Counted from the first letter of the whole stretch, positions 35,493 through 47,582 are shown. The stretch: 63,378 nt of DNA, filler included, from Octopus bimaculoides (GCF_001194135.2; 10 parts of 9 records of this genome joined end to end with filler, not necessarily neighbours in it), one strand, 5' to 3'. A program made the numbers and translations. The notes: generated by a model from the letters alone, not told the origin.

Positions 35493-37770
35493 GTAAGAGG
35501 ATAATAATGATAAAAATAAACCTAACCCACATTAACGATATTTATTACAATAAATGGAAATGAAAGCTTTAGTATTGGGTATTAACGACGGTGGCCTGTC
35601 ATCTAATCTGATGTTGACAAGAACGGCTTGTACAGTCCCTTCTGGATGATTTTTCAATGTGTAGACTAAGGGTAGAGTCTAAAAGTCTTAGACAGGGCAT
35701 CGTGTTTGTGTGTCCATGTGGAGTATTTTCTCTTTGCTGAAAACTCCATAGGCTCGGAAATGCCAATGGTTGAACCTGGCCGAGGTGCGCCCAGAGACAG
35801 AATCGTCCTGCATGCCGTCGTTCAGTGTCTATGCTCTANNNNNNNNNNNNNNNNNNNNNNNNNNNNNNNNNNNNNNNNNNNNNNNNNNNNNNNNNNNNNN
35901 NNNNNNNNNNNNNNNNNNNNNNNNNNNNNNNNNNNNNNNNNNNNNNNNNNNNNNNNNNNNNNNNNNNNNNNNNNNNNNNNNNNNNNNNNNNNNNNNNNNN
36001 NNNNNNNNNNNNNNNNNNNNNNNNNNNNNNNNNNNNNNNNNNNNNNNNNNNNNNNNNNNNNNNNNNNNNNNNNNNNNNNNNNNNNNNNNNNNNNNNNNNN
36101 NNNNNNNNNNNNNNNNNNNNNNNNNNNNNNNNNNNNNNNNNNNNNNNNNNNNNNNNNNNNNNNNNNNNNNNNNNNNNNNNNNNNNNNNNNNNNNNNNNNN
36201 NNNNNNNNNNNNNNNNNNNNNNNNNNNNNNNNNNNNNNNNNNNNNNNNNNNNNNNNNNNNNNNNNNNNNNNNNNNNNNNNNNNNNNNNNNNNNNNNNNNN
36301 NNNNNNNNNNNNNNNNNNNNNNNNNNNNNNNNNNNNNNNNNNNNNNNNNNNNNNNNNNNNNNNNNNNNNNNNNNNNNNNNNNNNNNNNNNNNNNNNNNNN
36401 NNNNNNNNNNNNNNNNNNNNNNNNNNNNNNNNNNNNNNNNNNNNNNNNNNNNNNNNNNNNNNNNNNNNNNNNNNNNNNNNNNNNNNNNNNNNNNNNNNNN
36501 NNNNNNNNNNNNNNNNNNNNNNNNNNNNNNNNNNNNNNNNNNNNNNNNNNNNNNNNNNNNNNNNNNNNNNNNNNNNNNNNNNNNNNNNNNATATGCATAT
36601 AACATACATACACCTGTACGCTCTTTCACAGAAAGGAACACAGAAAGAAACAAGGAGAAAAAAAAAAAAAGAATGTGTAGTGGCTAGCGATCTATCATGG
36701 CGAATGATATATACACATATATATTTCGAACGCAGTTTAGCCATGAAAACAGCAGAAAGATTGGGTGTTTTACCCTTATATGACGAAAAAAGTTATCAGC
36801 AAACAATGCGTTCGAAATATTACTTTCTTGTCTGTACGATGTATGTGTGTGTGTGTGTGTGTGTATACACTTACATATACATAGTATATTTCGTTTTCCT
36901 AATACATGATAGCAAAACACTTTCCATTCAATAATAATATCTTTTCTTTCTCCAAACAAAGTTTAGTTTTATTAGGATAGTGCTAATTTACCCGAGAATA
37001 TGTCTATTGTGCTGTGAATAGTGTGTAGGTCAATGATAGTTAGCTTTATCTCTTAAGAAAATCAATAATAAAAAAAAAATTACAGAAATCGATAGGAGTT
37101 AATTTTGCCAGATAATATACTAAGCTCTGTGAAATATGAAGTCATCTTCTGCTCCACAGAGCCTTGGAGCCAGCATCACGTCCTAGATATAGTCGTGACT
37201 CTGTGGTTGAGAAATTCGCTTCACAATTAGAGATAACGAATTGGCAGACTCGTTAGAGCGTTGGACATAATGCAATGTAGTATTTCTTCCGATTCAATGT
37301 GCCCTGAGCTCAAACCCCCACTAAGGTCAAATTTGACTTTAATTCCTTCGAGGTCGACGATGACAAAATGAAGCGCAAATCTGAGGCGGTGGATTGGAGG
37401 AACTGTAAGAAAATCAGACTGGATGCCTTGTTCCAGTTTCAATGGTCTCCGATTTCGAATCCCGGTGAAATCAACTTTACTTTTCATCCTTTCGGGCTTG
37501 ATGAAATAACATACCAATTTGAGACAAGCGAAGTGGTTAACTGTAACAATTTCGAACCTGATGTCTTGTAGTAGTTCATCCGGCATTTTGTATTTTGAGT
37601 TCATATCCAACCGTAGCCCAATCCATCTTAATCCGTTATCTGCTTTAACTCCGCCACATAGCAACTTGGAAGCTTTTACAGGATCCTGTTCTGTTGCAAG
37701 CATTCCAGCCAAGTCTTTGGTTTGAGGATACTTGATTCTTCCTCCCGTCAGTCCCAGAGACCCTGTCGAG

Positions 37771-38030
37771 CAGTAGTTTTCGACCATTTTTCTTCTTAAC
37801 TATGGATCCCTTTGATTCCCATTTTAATTAGGGTTGAGAAAATCATAGTCATTCGATTCGAAAAACTCTGATTATATTATTGTGATTAAATATTATTAGG
37901 AATTGTATTAAAAAAAAAACGTTTAAACACTTTGTGTATTGTAGAAATATAATCAGTTTAAGCACATAAAAATTTAAAAACAAAATCTTATATGATTCCC
38001 AATGGCCGTATGGACCTCCGTATGGACCTC
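37771..38030. mobile_element. Degenerate hAT MITE related to 16439-16788
   Basis: CAGTAGTTTTCGACCATTTTT..ATGGATCCCTTTGATT and TATGGACC segments. Confidence 0.55.
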
Positions 38031-38949
38031 CTGTAAAGAGAGCCGTGAGCACTACATTTTCTCCTGCCTAAAAGACGAAAAAACAAAAAATAGTCGGTTT
38101 CGGATTCAGTCTCACTGCCCTCTACCTTAAACATGTGTTTTCTACCATACCCACGGGTCGTCCTAGACCTTGGGAGTAGAAATTTTGTAGACGGAAACTG
38201 TATTGAAGGTTATCGGAAAGATCGTTCCTGTTCTTCGGGTTAAGAATGGTAGACTTAATCCGTCTGCCGGTTTAACACCACCATCTGGCCTTTAAGTCCC
38301 TTTAGCAGGATCCACTCTTTTGCAAGCATTTGGACTAAGATCTTGTGTGAAGAAAACAGTCACGTAAACCCCGGAAACGGGTTACGTGACCTACCTATTT
38401 TTTCTCCTATTTAATGTTAAAAGAAAAGAAAAACTGAGACTTATGAAGTAATTATCTGGCGTGCAGTGTCTGGATACAGTATCGAATCTAAGGTGTACTA
38501 AAATAACTTTGTGATCATATCGCTTGGTGGGATTTGATTTCTGAACTTAAAGAGCAGTAACTAGATACCGCTAGGTATTTTGTCCGTTGCAGTAGCGTAG
38601 CTAAAGAGGAGGGCATCGAGTGCGGCACCTTTAGATCTGCTGTATAATCTTGTATAGGGATGGCGGCAGCAAACTCAAAAACTATCCTAGGAGGAACATA
38701 CTCCAGATACGCCATTGGTCCGACACTCTAACGATTCTGCCAAACTATCACTCTAGCCGTTCTGGCATTAATACACTGTACGCCGGACCGCCCTTAGATG
38801 ATTTCAGCAGCAGATTTGTTTGTTTTTTCGTGCCAAGACATTGTTAGCTCGTCGATCGAGCCTTTTCTATTTCTGGAGGAACGGTAACTGAGCATACTCC
38901 TAACGGCCTTACAGTAAACTATAGCTGATTCAGAAAAGAGCGAGAGAGA

Positions 38950-38996
<47 letters not shown>

Positions 38997-39052
38997 GAGA
39001 AACGGGAGAGGAGAGACAAGGGAGAGGAGAGACAGGGGAGAGAGAGAGACAG

Positions 39053-39086
<34 letters not shown>

Positions 39087-39499
39087 CAGACAGACAGAGA
39101 AAATTCTACCAGTACTCGATAGGTGCCTTATTTATCGATTACAAAAGGATGAAAGACAAAGTTGACCTCGGCAGGATTTGAAAACAGGTCACAGAGAACT
39201 GGAAGAAACAGCGCAAAACATGCCAGCCGTACACTTGCAGTATGGCTATAAACATCGTCGTCATCGTCGNNNNNNNNNNNNNNNNNNNNNNNNNNNNNNN
39301 NNNNNNNNNNNNNNNNNNNNNNNNNNNNNNNNNNNNNNNNNNNNNNNNNNNNNNNNNNNNNNNNNNNNNNNNNNNNNNNNNNNNNNNNNNNNNNNNNNNN
39401 NNNNNNNNNNNNNNNNNNNNNNNNNNNNNNNNNNNNNNNNNNNNNNNNNNNNNNNNNNNNTCTCCACTCAGGTGGTATTTAGGACGACATTATATAACA

Positions 39500-39885
39500 T
39501 ATTCTTCATCTGTCTTCACGTTCTGAGTTCAAATTCCGCCGAAGTCGATTTTGCCTTTCATCTTTCAGGGTTGATAAAATAAGTACCAGTGAAACACTGG
39601 GGTTGATGTAATCGACTTAGCCCTCCCTCAAACAAATTTCAGGGCTTGTATCTATAAAAGAAAGGATTATATAACAGTCTTAAGGCAGCGAGCTGGCAGA
39701 ATCGTTAGCGCGCTGGATGAAATGCTTAGCAACGTTCTGAGTTCAAATTCCGCCGAGGTCGACTTTATCTTCCATCCTGTCGGGGTCGATAAATTAAGTA
39801 CCAGTGAGAAACTGGGGTCGATGGGATCGACTAATCCCCTCTCTCAAAATTTCAGACCTTGTGCCTATAGTAGAAGTGATTATAT
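39500..39885 (+). mobile_element. Two head-to-tail SINE A copies
   Basis: The core recurs at about 39520 and 39735, each followed by an AAATTTCAG..CTTGT tail. Confidence 0.85.
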
Positions 39886-39965
39886 AATATACTCCTTCCT
39901 TCCAGTTCTATATTTAAGAGATGAGTAATTATGTACATTATTTACATTGGACGGATATTTGTCCC

Positions 39966-40295
39966 ACAAGCATATGGTGTAGTGGTTAAGAGCGCAGGCT
40001 ACTAGCCCCAAGATTCCGAATTCGATTCCAGGCAGTGACCTGATTATAATAATATTACTAATAATAATTAATTCGTTTTATTGGCCACAAGGGCTAATAT
40101 CAATTAAAAACATGTAAGGACAAAGACAGGACGAAGGTTACAAAAGGTTTTGTCCGAAAAGGTAATAGCATCCAAAAATACCTTAGGAATGAGAACCCAG
40201 GTTCGAAATTTCCCCAAGATACCTGATGAAGGTTGGAGGGTATATCAGCCGAAACAAGCAAGATAAGGACAAATATCCGTCAAATGTAAATAATA
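39966..40295 (+). mobile_element. tRNA-headed element: head - (AAT)n - hammerhead module
   Basis: A box TGGTGTAGTGG, B-box-like TTCGATTCC; CTGATGA (40223) - A - GGTTG/CAGCC stem - GAAAC (40251). Confidence 0.6.
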
Positions 40296-40858
40296 TACTC
40301 TTTCCTTATTTAACAGGATGTTATTTAAAATAGCTGTAGTATGCTATTTTTAGCATGTTGAGTGTACAACTTCCTAGTTGTCGCTGCGCAGGCGCTGGTC
40401 AGTCGTAATAGATGTATGATTGTTGGTCAAAGGCGTTCCAGACACGATCATTCCGTGTAAATGATTTACATGTCCATGATTACATGGCTCAATTTGTGCT
40501 TTTCAGTTTTAATTTTAGAAGGTGGTTAGAGAGAATTCAGCTGCTATTTCTAGCAGATCGCACAGCTATCTAGACGCTCCGACTATATCTGTTGGCTACC
40601 CAGGCGGAAAGCTCTTTTCTTGACCTTTCTTGAAAGCCGAAATGAGCTCCAATTATGGGCTAGACATGAAGTCATTGGTTGGTAAATAGGAAAACAACGG
40701 TTTTCATATTTTGATTTTTATATGTCGCCATGAAATATCTTGAACTTCTTATTAATTAAAATGAATAAATAAATAAATAAATAAATGAATAAATAAAAAT
40801 GAAAGTCAAATTTTGCTAGTTGAACTCATAATCAGATAATTCAAATAGCTTTGTGTGT

Positions 40859-40891
<33 letters not shown>

Positions 40892-40942
40892 TGTGTGTGT
40901 ACGTATGTGTGTAACTAGTTCAAGGGCTTTTCTTTTAGTTAG

Positions 40943-41150
40943 TCTGACTGACGACAAGTTGAGTAAAAAAGGCGAAATTTCGCTTTTTCCGGATTCTGAC
41001 GGGGAAGCCAAAATAATTTTAGATCTAACGATGGAAATAGAACGGTCAGTAGTGAGTGGATATATTAAGCATCTTTTTAGAAACAGAATCACAGAGTTTA
41101 ATTTCCTAGAGACACCATCTGCACGAAAAATAATTTCTAAGCTAACATCA
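40943..41150 (+). CDS. Candidate coding exon running into a 767-nt gap, unknown product
   Basis: Acceptor CTTTTCTTTTAGTTAG; about 69 stop-free non-repetitive codons (LTDDKLSKKGEISLFPDSDGEAKIILDL...); phase 2 matches the 35411-35492 donor. Confidence 0.35.
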
Positions 41151-41917
41151 NNNNNNNNNNNNNNNNNNNNNNNNNNNNNNNNNNNNNNNNNNNNNNNNNN
41201 NNNNNNNNNNNNNNNNNNNNNNNNNNNNNNNNNNNNNNNNNNNNNNNNNNNNNNNNNNNNNNNNNNNNNNNNNNNNNNNNNNNNNNNNNNNNNNNNNNNN
41301 NNNNNNNNNNNNNNNNNNNNNNNNNNNNNNNNNNNNNNNNNNNNNNNNNNNNNNNNNNNNNNNNNNNNNNNNNNNNNNNNNNNNNNNNNNNNNNNNNNNN
41401 NNNNNNNNNNNNNNNNNNNNNNNNNNNNNNNNNNNNNNNNNNNNNNNNNNNNNNNNNNNNNNNNNNNNNNNNNNNNNNNNNNNNNNNNNNNNNNNNNNNN
41501 NNNNNNNNNNNNNNNNNNNNNNNNNNNNNNNNNNNNNNNNNNNNNNNNNNNNNNNNNNNNNNNNNNNNNNNNNNNNNNNNNNNNNNNNNNNNNNNNNNNN
41601 NNNNNNNNNNNNNNNNNNNNNNNNNNNNNNNNNNNNNNNNNNNNNNNNNNNNNNNNNNNNNNNNNNNNNNNNNNNNNNNNNNNNNNNNNNNNNNNNNNNN
41701 NNNNNNNNNNNNNNNNNNNNNNNNNNNNNNNNNNNNNNNNNNNNNNNNNNNNNNNNNNNNNNNNNNNNNNNNNNNNNNNNNNNNNNNNNNNNNNNNNNNN
41801 NNNNNNNNNNNNNNNNNNNNNNNNNNNNNNNNNNNNNNNNNNNNNNNNNNNNNNNNNNNNNNNNNNNNNNNNNNNNNNNNNNNNNNNNNNNNNNNNNNNN
41901 NNNNNNNNNNNNNNNNN

Positions 41918-41995
<78 letters not shown>

Positions 41996-41999
41996 CTGT

Positions 42000-42215
42000 G
42001 TACATGTCTTTGTGTTTGTTCTTGACCCCACCCCCGATTGGCAATCGGTATTGAGTTGTTTACGTCTCCGTAAATTAGCGGTTCGACAAAAAGGGAACTG
42101 ATAGAATACTTACAAGGCTTAAAAATAAGTCCTGGGGGTCCTTTTGTTCGACTAAGCCCTTCAAGGCTGTGGCCCAGCATGGCTGCAGTCCACTGTTTGA
42201 ATTAAGTAAACGAAT
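42000..42215 (+). mobile_element. SINE B 3' half
   Basis: GTTTACGTCTCCGTAAATTAGCGGTTCG..CCCAGCATGGCTGCAGTC. Confidence 0.8.
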
Positions 42216-43358
42216 AAACGAATAAAAGAATTTACTATATTTTCGAATGTATAAGCTAAATGTAACTATACGAAACGTGCGCCATAAGACCTCAGTCTCT
42301 AGCAAACGTTTTTGTGTGTGTGTATATTTTAATCGTGACCACACTGTTCCCGGATCTATCTCGTGTTGCTTGTAATTAACATACTAACTTGAAATGCAAA
42401 CTCCTCTATTATGAAAAGTCTGTACATGACATATACGTAAAAATATACACGTACTTGAAGTCGTATGTGATGGACAAGCTGAAAATAGAATACCGCTCGT
42501 AATTTTGTAATTTTATCCGTCACATCTATCTTGGAAAATACAATAAACAGAGTTTCATGAGAGAGAGAAAGAGAGAGAGAGAGAGAGGGAGGGGAGACAG
42601 ATAGAGAGGGAGGGGAGAGAGAATGTGTGTGTGTGGGGTGGTGGCTAACATGCAGTTTAGTGTTATAAAAAAGAAGTGAAATAAATTGCACCAGAAGTGA
42701 CGACAGCGGAATCCCATAATTTCATAAGTACAGGCACCTAGTTATATCCTATTGTAGAGAGACCTAAAATCGAAACCTAACATTTTCAGTTTCCAATGTA
42801 AAGCTACATTCAGATCAGGTGACGTGTCCTGGTTATCAATCAGTTGGCTAACAGAAATATCACGCCATACAATAGAATTTTGTACGAGTTTCTAGGAACT
42901 CGTAGTATTAAAGCGAAAACCCGCCAAGGGCGCGATTCTTCGAAGCATAGGTCTCTGAACCTACTTTGCTACATATGATCATACAGATATGATGTAAGTA
43001 GAGCAACTCTCGTTCGGCATTGTCACCCGAGTTTCTTCTTGGAGAGCATCCATCGACTTTCGATCGCCTGTGTATGGTTGTTTTCATCGTTTCCTAATCT
43101 ACTTTCCCCCTAGCCCCACGATAACTTTCCAGAAAAATGTATGCCCCACTGGTGGTTGGAAAAAAAACCAACAACTTTACTTTTAATATTTTACCACAAT
43201 TATTTAATAGAAAAGAATCTACCGTTAACTCTTTTATAAAGTACTGAGTACGAAAGAAAGAAGTACATTACTGGCTAAGAAACAAAATTTCACAATTCCA
43301 TGTCCAACTTAAAAGAAAAAAGTTGGGATCCCACGTCCCACAACAACTGCTGCTGCTG

Positions 43359-43398
<40 letters not shown>

Positions 43399-43410
<12 letters not shown>

Positions 43411-44667
43411 TACTACTAAATCAGGCTTTCTAGCTTTTATTACTCTGTCAGTCTGAATGTTAAAGTCCCACAACATCATGTATTTCTTACTTTCTAGTAC
43501 TTTATTAGGTTCATGTTCATACTATTTATCAGTATGTTTGAATCCTAACTTTTTACATAGCTCCTAGTGGATTACTCTCCCTAGGTTGTCATGTCTCATA
43601 TTCTTTTTGTACCAGCATGCTACATTCACTTACTATATGAGCAACGCTTACCTCTTTTTATTTGCATAGCCTACGCTGGAAATCTACTTGGTTTTTGTCT
43701 ATCTTGACTTTTATCCAATTAGTCCTTAATGCTTGATCTTGTGCTGCTACTAACAACATTCTGTCTCCATTTTCAGCCTTCCTTTCTGCAACCATCATCA
43801 TGTCTCACTGCTGCTATTTGTTGCAACTATCTTTAGGAATCTACCATGCAACGCCTTCTCTTGCCAGTCAAATAAATTCTGTTTTTTTTCTGGTTTTTAA
43901 CTTCGTTTGGATGTTTGGCTTCCCTGTGTCTTGCTGTGATTTTAGCAGCTTTTAATACACTTTCTTCACTATTACCTACATAGGAGTCTATATCTACTCT
44001 AGCTAACCCCATGCAATCTTCTACTGATATTAACCCTCTTCCACCTACCTTTCTAGGTAAGTATAATCTTGCTACTCCTGCCCTTGGGTGGAGTCCTCCA
44101 TTCATATTGAATTCCTGCCTAGTTCTTCTGTCTAGCTTTGCTGATTCAGTTTTTGTCCAATCTACAATAGCTGATGAGTATCTAAGTAATGATACTGCCC
44201 AAGTATTCACTGCTTTCACTAGATTCCGACTATTTAGCTTTGACTTCATTAGTTTCCTCACCCTTCTGATGTACTCGTCAATTTTCGTTTTCATTTCTAT
44301 AGTTAGTACTTTACCAGATTTTAATACTCTTAGATACTTATAACTCCCTCCTCCTTTCAATGACTTTAATGTCTGGCTCTCTTGTAATTGGATGTCTTCG
44401 CTGTTGACTACACATCCCCTTATCATAACTAATATTGCACACTTATCTATGCCAAGTTCCGCGCTTATATCTTTGCCGAAGAGTTTTACAGTCTGTATTA
44501 ATGAATCTATCGCTTTTTCATTCTTACTAAAAAGCATCAGATCATCCATATTTTTCCCATACTACTTCTGAGCTGATACCTTGCCTTTGCCTTCCTTAAT
44601 TCTAAACTGAAGAGGATCAAACATAAGACAAATATTAAAGGGAATAACGAGTCCCCGTGGAAAATTA
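43399..44667 (-). mobile_element. R4/Dong-clade non-LTR retrotransposon: RT, CCHC and restriction-like endonuclease, degenerate
   Basis: FHGDSLFP, MDDLMLF, LHPRAGVARLYLPRKVGGRGL, and LWDFNIQTDRVIKARKPD (RLE). Confidence 0.9.
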
Positions 44668-44674
44668 TTGTTAA

Positions 44675-44880
44675 GGTGGTGAGCTGGCAGAATCGTTAGC
44701 ACACTAGGCGAAATGCTTAACAGTATTTCGTTGTCCGTTCTGAGTTAAAATTCCGCCGAGGTAGAATTTGCCTTTCATCCTTTCGGGGTCGATAAAATAA
44801 GTACCAGTTGAAAACTGGAGTTGATGTAATCGACTGATTCTCGCCCCAAAAATTTCTACCCTTGAGGCAAAATTCGAAAC

Positions 44881-44882
<2 letters not shown>
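44675..44882 (+). mobile_element. SINE A (third tail type ..AAATTCGAAACC) followed by (ATT)n
   Basis: Full head GGTGGTGAGCTGGCAGAATCGTTAGC; (ATT)n at 44882-44940. Confidence 0.88.
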
Positions 44883-44938
<56 letters not shown>

Positions 44939-44939
44939 T

Positions 44940-45539
44940 AGTTTTAATCTTCATGTTTGTTACAATCACAAGCCGAGACACACCCAGCGTCCTAGGGCGA
45001 GTGAAGGATAAGAGATGTTACAGCAGGACTGAAAGCTTGGAGAGGGGAAATGGCAGGAGCAGTAGCGAAATATCTTCGTGCAATACACGACAGACATTTA
45101 AATTGATAAAGTTTTTCTAAGTATATGTGGGCAGTACTTGTCAGCACAATCTCTTAGATTTCTCTGAGACATGGTTCTCCTAGGATATTATCTAGATGTT
45201 TCTGACATCCCTTTCTTATCATACCTAGGGCACCCGCAATAAGAGGAACAGCTCTCGTTTTAAGACGTCACATCTTTTGTATTTCAGTTTCCATGTCCTT
45301 TATTATTATAATTGCCTTTGCACAGCTTCTAACGCTGGAGATGTACTACAGTGTCAGCTGTTCACTACCAGTGAGCTAAGGTAGCACCTCTTATTTTTCG
45401 AGCACCTTCCGGATTATTCGAGTGATTCCAAGTAGTGCTGTTCTCTGTAAGTGCTCCACCCTTATTGCAGCCCCTATTTGTTCCACGTACTTCTCGAGAT
45501 TTTTGCTCACTGTTCCCAGGGCTCCGACAATTTATTATT

Positions 45540-45540
<1 letters not shown>
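44940..45540 (-). mobile_element. Stacked 3' ends of Dong-like elements
   Basis: KYVEQIGAAIRVEHLQRTALLGITRIIRKVLEK* and VPLIAGALGMIRKG..IVLTSTAHILRKTLSI*, joined at an (AAT)n tail. Confidence 0.75.
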
Positions 45541-45584
<44 letters not shown>

Positions 45585-46334
45585 TCGAATCTGAAAAAGA
45601 CGATTCTACAATTTCTTGTTGAACAACCAGTACAGTTTATTTGTTTATAGTGATCAAATGTTTGTGCAGCAAATACCTTCAATCCTTCCATCAAATCGAC
45701 GTTCCCTGAACAAGTGCAGGGTGCACTACATATCAGGTGTCAAAGTGACCGTAGATCAACGTAAGGTGAAATATTTTGCTCAAGAACACAACGTACTGCT
45801 CGGAACAGGAATCGACCCTCACGATCTCGCGATCGTGAGTACAACGTTCTAAATAGTACGCCACACATCTTCATATATGAGTGTGTAATACTGTATTAAT
45901 AACTACGTCGCTTCTTACTCTATATTTGCAAAACCGTGCAAAATCTATTTTGAGCAATTAGTCATTTTTTTTGTTTTTAAGTCTGAAGATTCATCGCCTA
46001 TATTTTCAATGCTAGGCAACGTAACAACATGTTTGCGAACGGCAAAAGTAATGATTGGATTATTAGTACAAGTATGGAAGCTAATACTGCAACGAACACA
46101 CAGACACACATAGATGTCTTTATACAGTTATCAACTATGGAACATTCACGTGGGAAATTGACGGCTGCGATTAGTGTAAGTGCAATTACCATTGTTCCGA
46201 CATGAAACTTGAGTTGTATTCTCTTCTTCGATGACTGTATAAGACCACTTCAAATACTTTTGCAAAATGAGTGGCTTTTAATTGTTGAGCTTTAATTTTT
46301 TATCCATAAGCAAATACGTTATATATATATATAT

Positions 46335-46407
<73 letters not shown>

Positions 46408-46468
46408 CAAATAGATAGATAGATGGGTGGATAGATAGATAGAAAATAGATAGATAGATAGATAGATT

Positions 46469-46508
<40 letters not shown>

Positions 46509-46699
46509 CCATTTCATCAAAAGAAAAGACACAGATATACAGTATTTCAGGAAGAAGAAAAACAAAAGTATGCGATGGGTCTATTACATCAGAGGCAACT
46601 CTGGGCTAAACAAAACACAGACAAACATGCATTACATTAAAAGATTATCTACGAAATAATACTAATAAAGTTGACAGTATATCTTCGAAGTTTCATTCC

Positions 46700-46776
46700 C
46701 CCAGTAGACTCCGATTAGCCACAGACGCGTTTCGAGATTAAAGTGTTTTTAATTACTTACTGCTCTCTTCAGCATA
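46700..46776 (-). ncRNA. Minimal type-I hammerhead ribozyme-like core (PLE type)
   Basis: CTGAAGA-GAG..CTC-GAAA-CGCG-TC with palindromic stem III; stem I weak. Confidence 0.55.
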
Positions 46777-46877
46777 NNNNNNNNNNNNNNNNNNNNNNNN
46801 NNNNNNNNNNNNNNNNNNNNTTAATTAATTAANNNNNNNNNNNNNNNNNNNNNNNNNNNNNNNNNNNNNNNNNNNNT

Positions 46878-47472
46878 TATGAATTTTTTTACACACTGGC
46901 TTCTTGATAAAATTCTTGTAAAAGAGTTTTATCCCTTTTTGAATTTATTTATCAAATATATACACGGAATATATTCAATGTTGAATTTTTATTCCTGTCT
47001 CCACATGGGTACCCAAAACAACCCGGAAGTATTCCCGCTTCTTTGATGAAGATATATACAGATAAACTTCATTCCCTTTACTCTGTCGGATACGTAGTGT
47101 GTTCGTTTTTGGTGAGGTGAGAATTCTGTTTATTTATATATATTTTTTGGGACAATACTGATACTGAGCTGATGAACGAAATCTAGATTCCTTCTAGTAA
47201 TCGCGAAATCGGTCGATACACAGTTAAGTTTATTTAAAAGAAAGTTGGTCGTCTTCTGTTGGTTGTTTTTCCTCGCATTAGGTACTAAATGTGGTTATTT
47301 TGAGAAGTCCACTGTGTGGCGTTATTATTTTTCTGTAATAATGCCCTTTACATAAATATAAACGAATAATTAGATTCTTGGGAATAGAAATTTCCCTTAT
47401 GAATTTTTTTACACACTGGCTTCTTGATAAAATTCTTGTAAAAGAGTTTTATCCCTTTTTGAATTTATTTAT
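46878..47472 (+). mobile_element. PLE-like tandem unit with hammerhead core; 75-bp direct repeat at both contig ends
   Basis: Identical TTATGAATTTTTTACACACTGG...TTTATTTAT at 46878 and about 47397; CTGATGA (47169)..GAAATCGGTC (47205-47214). Confidence 0.55.
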
Positions 47473-47551
47473 NNNNNNNNNNNNNNNNNNNNNNNNNNNN
47501 NNNNNNNNNNNNNNNNNNNNNNNNNNNNNNNNNNNNNNNNNNNNATATATG

Positions 47552-47582
<31 letters not shown>

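Noticed and set aside
35706-36934. Long ORFs of 260-416 aa in the ORF track (also 40841-42180, 9837-10391 and 14134-14737)
   Set aside because: They consist almost entirely of X from gaps plus microsatellite translation.
37227-37787. 186-aa minus-strand ORF with a WIGL motif (C-type-lectin-like) or RTE-like LRW motif
   Set aside because: Its ATG lies in a hAT MITE terminus and its 3' two-thirds is antisense SINE A; the remaining ~70 codons lack lectin cysteines and clear splice sites.
39966-40040. Head read as a genuine tRNA gene (likewise heads at 18806 and 20677)
   Set aside because: No acceptor-stem pairing or terminator, and it continues into repeat body: a SINE head.
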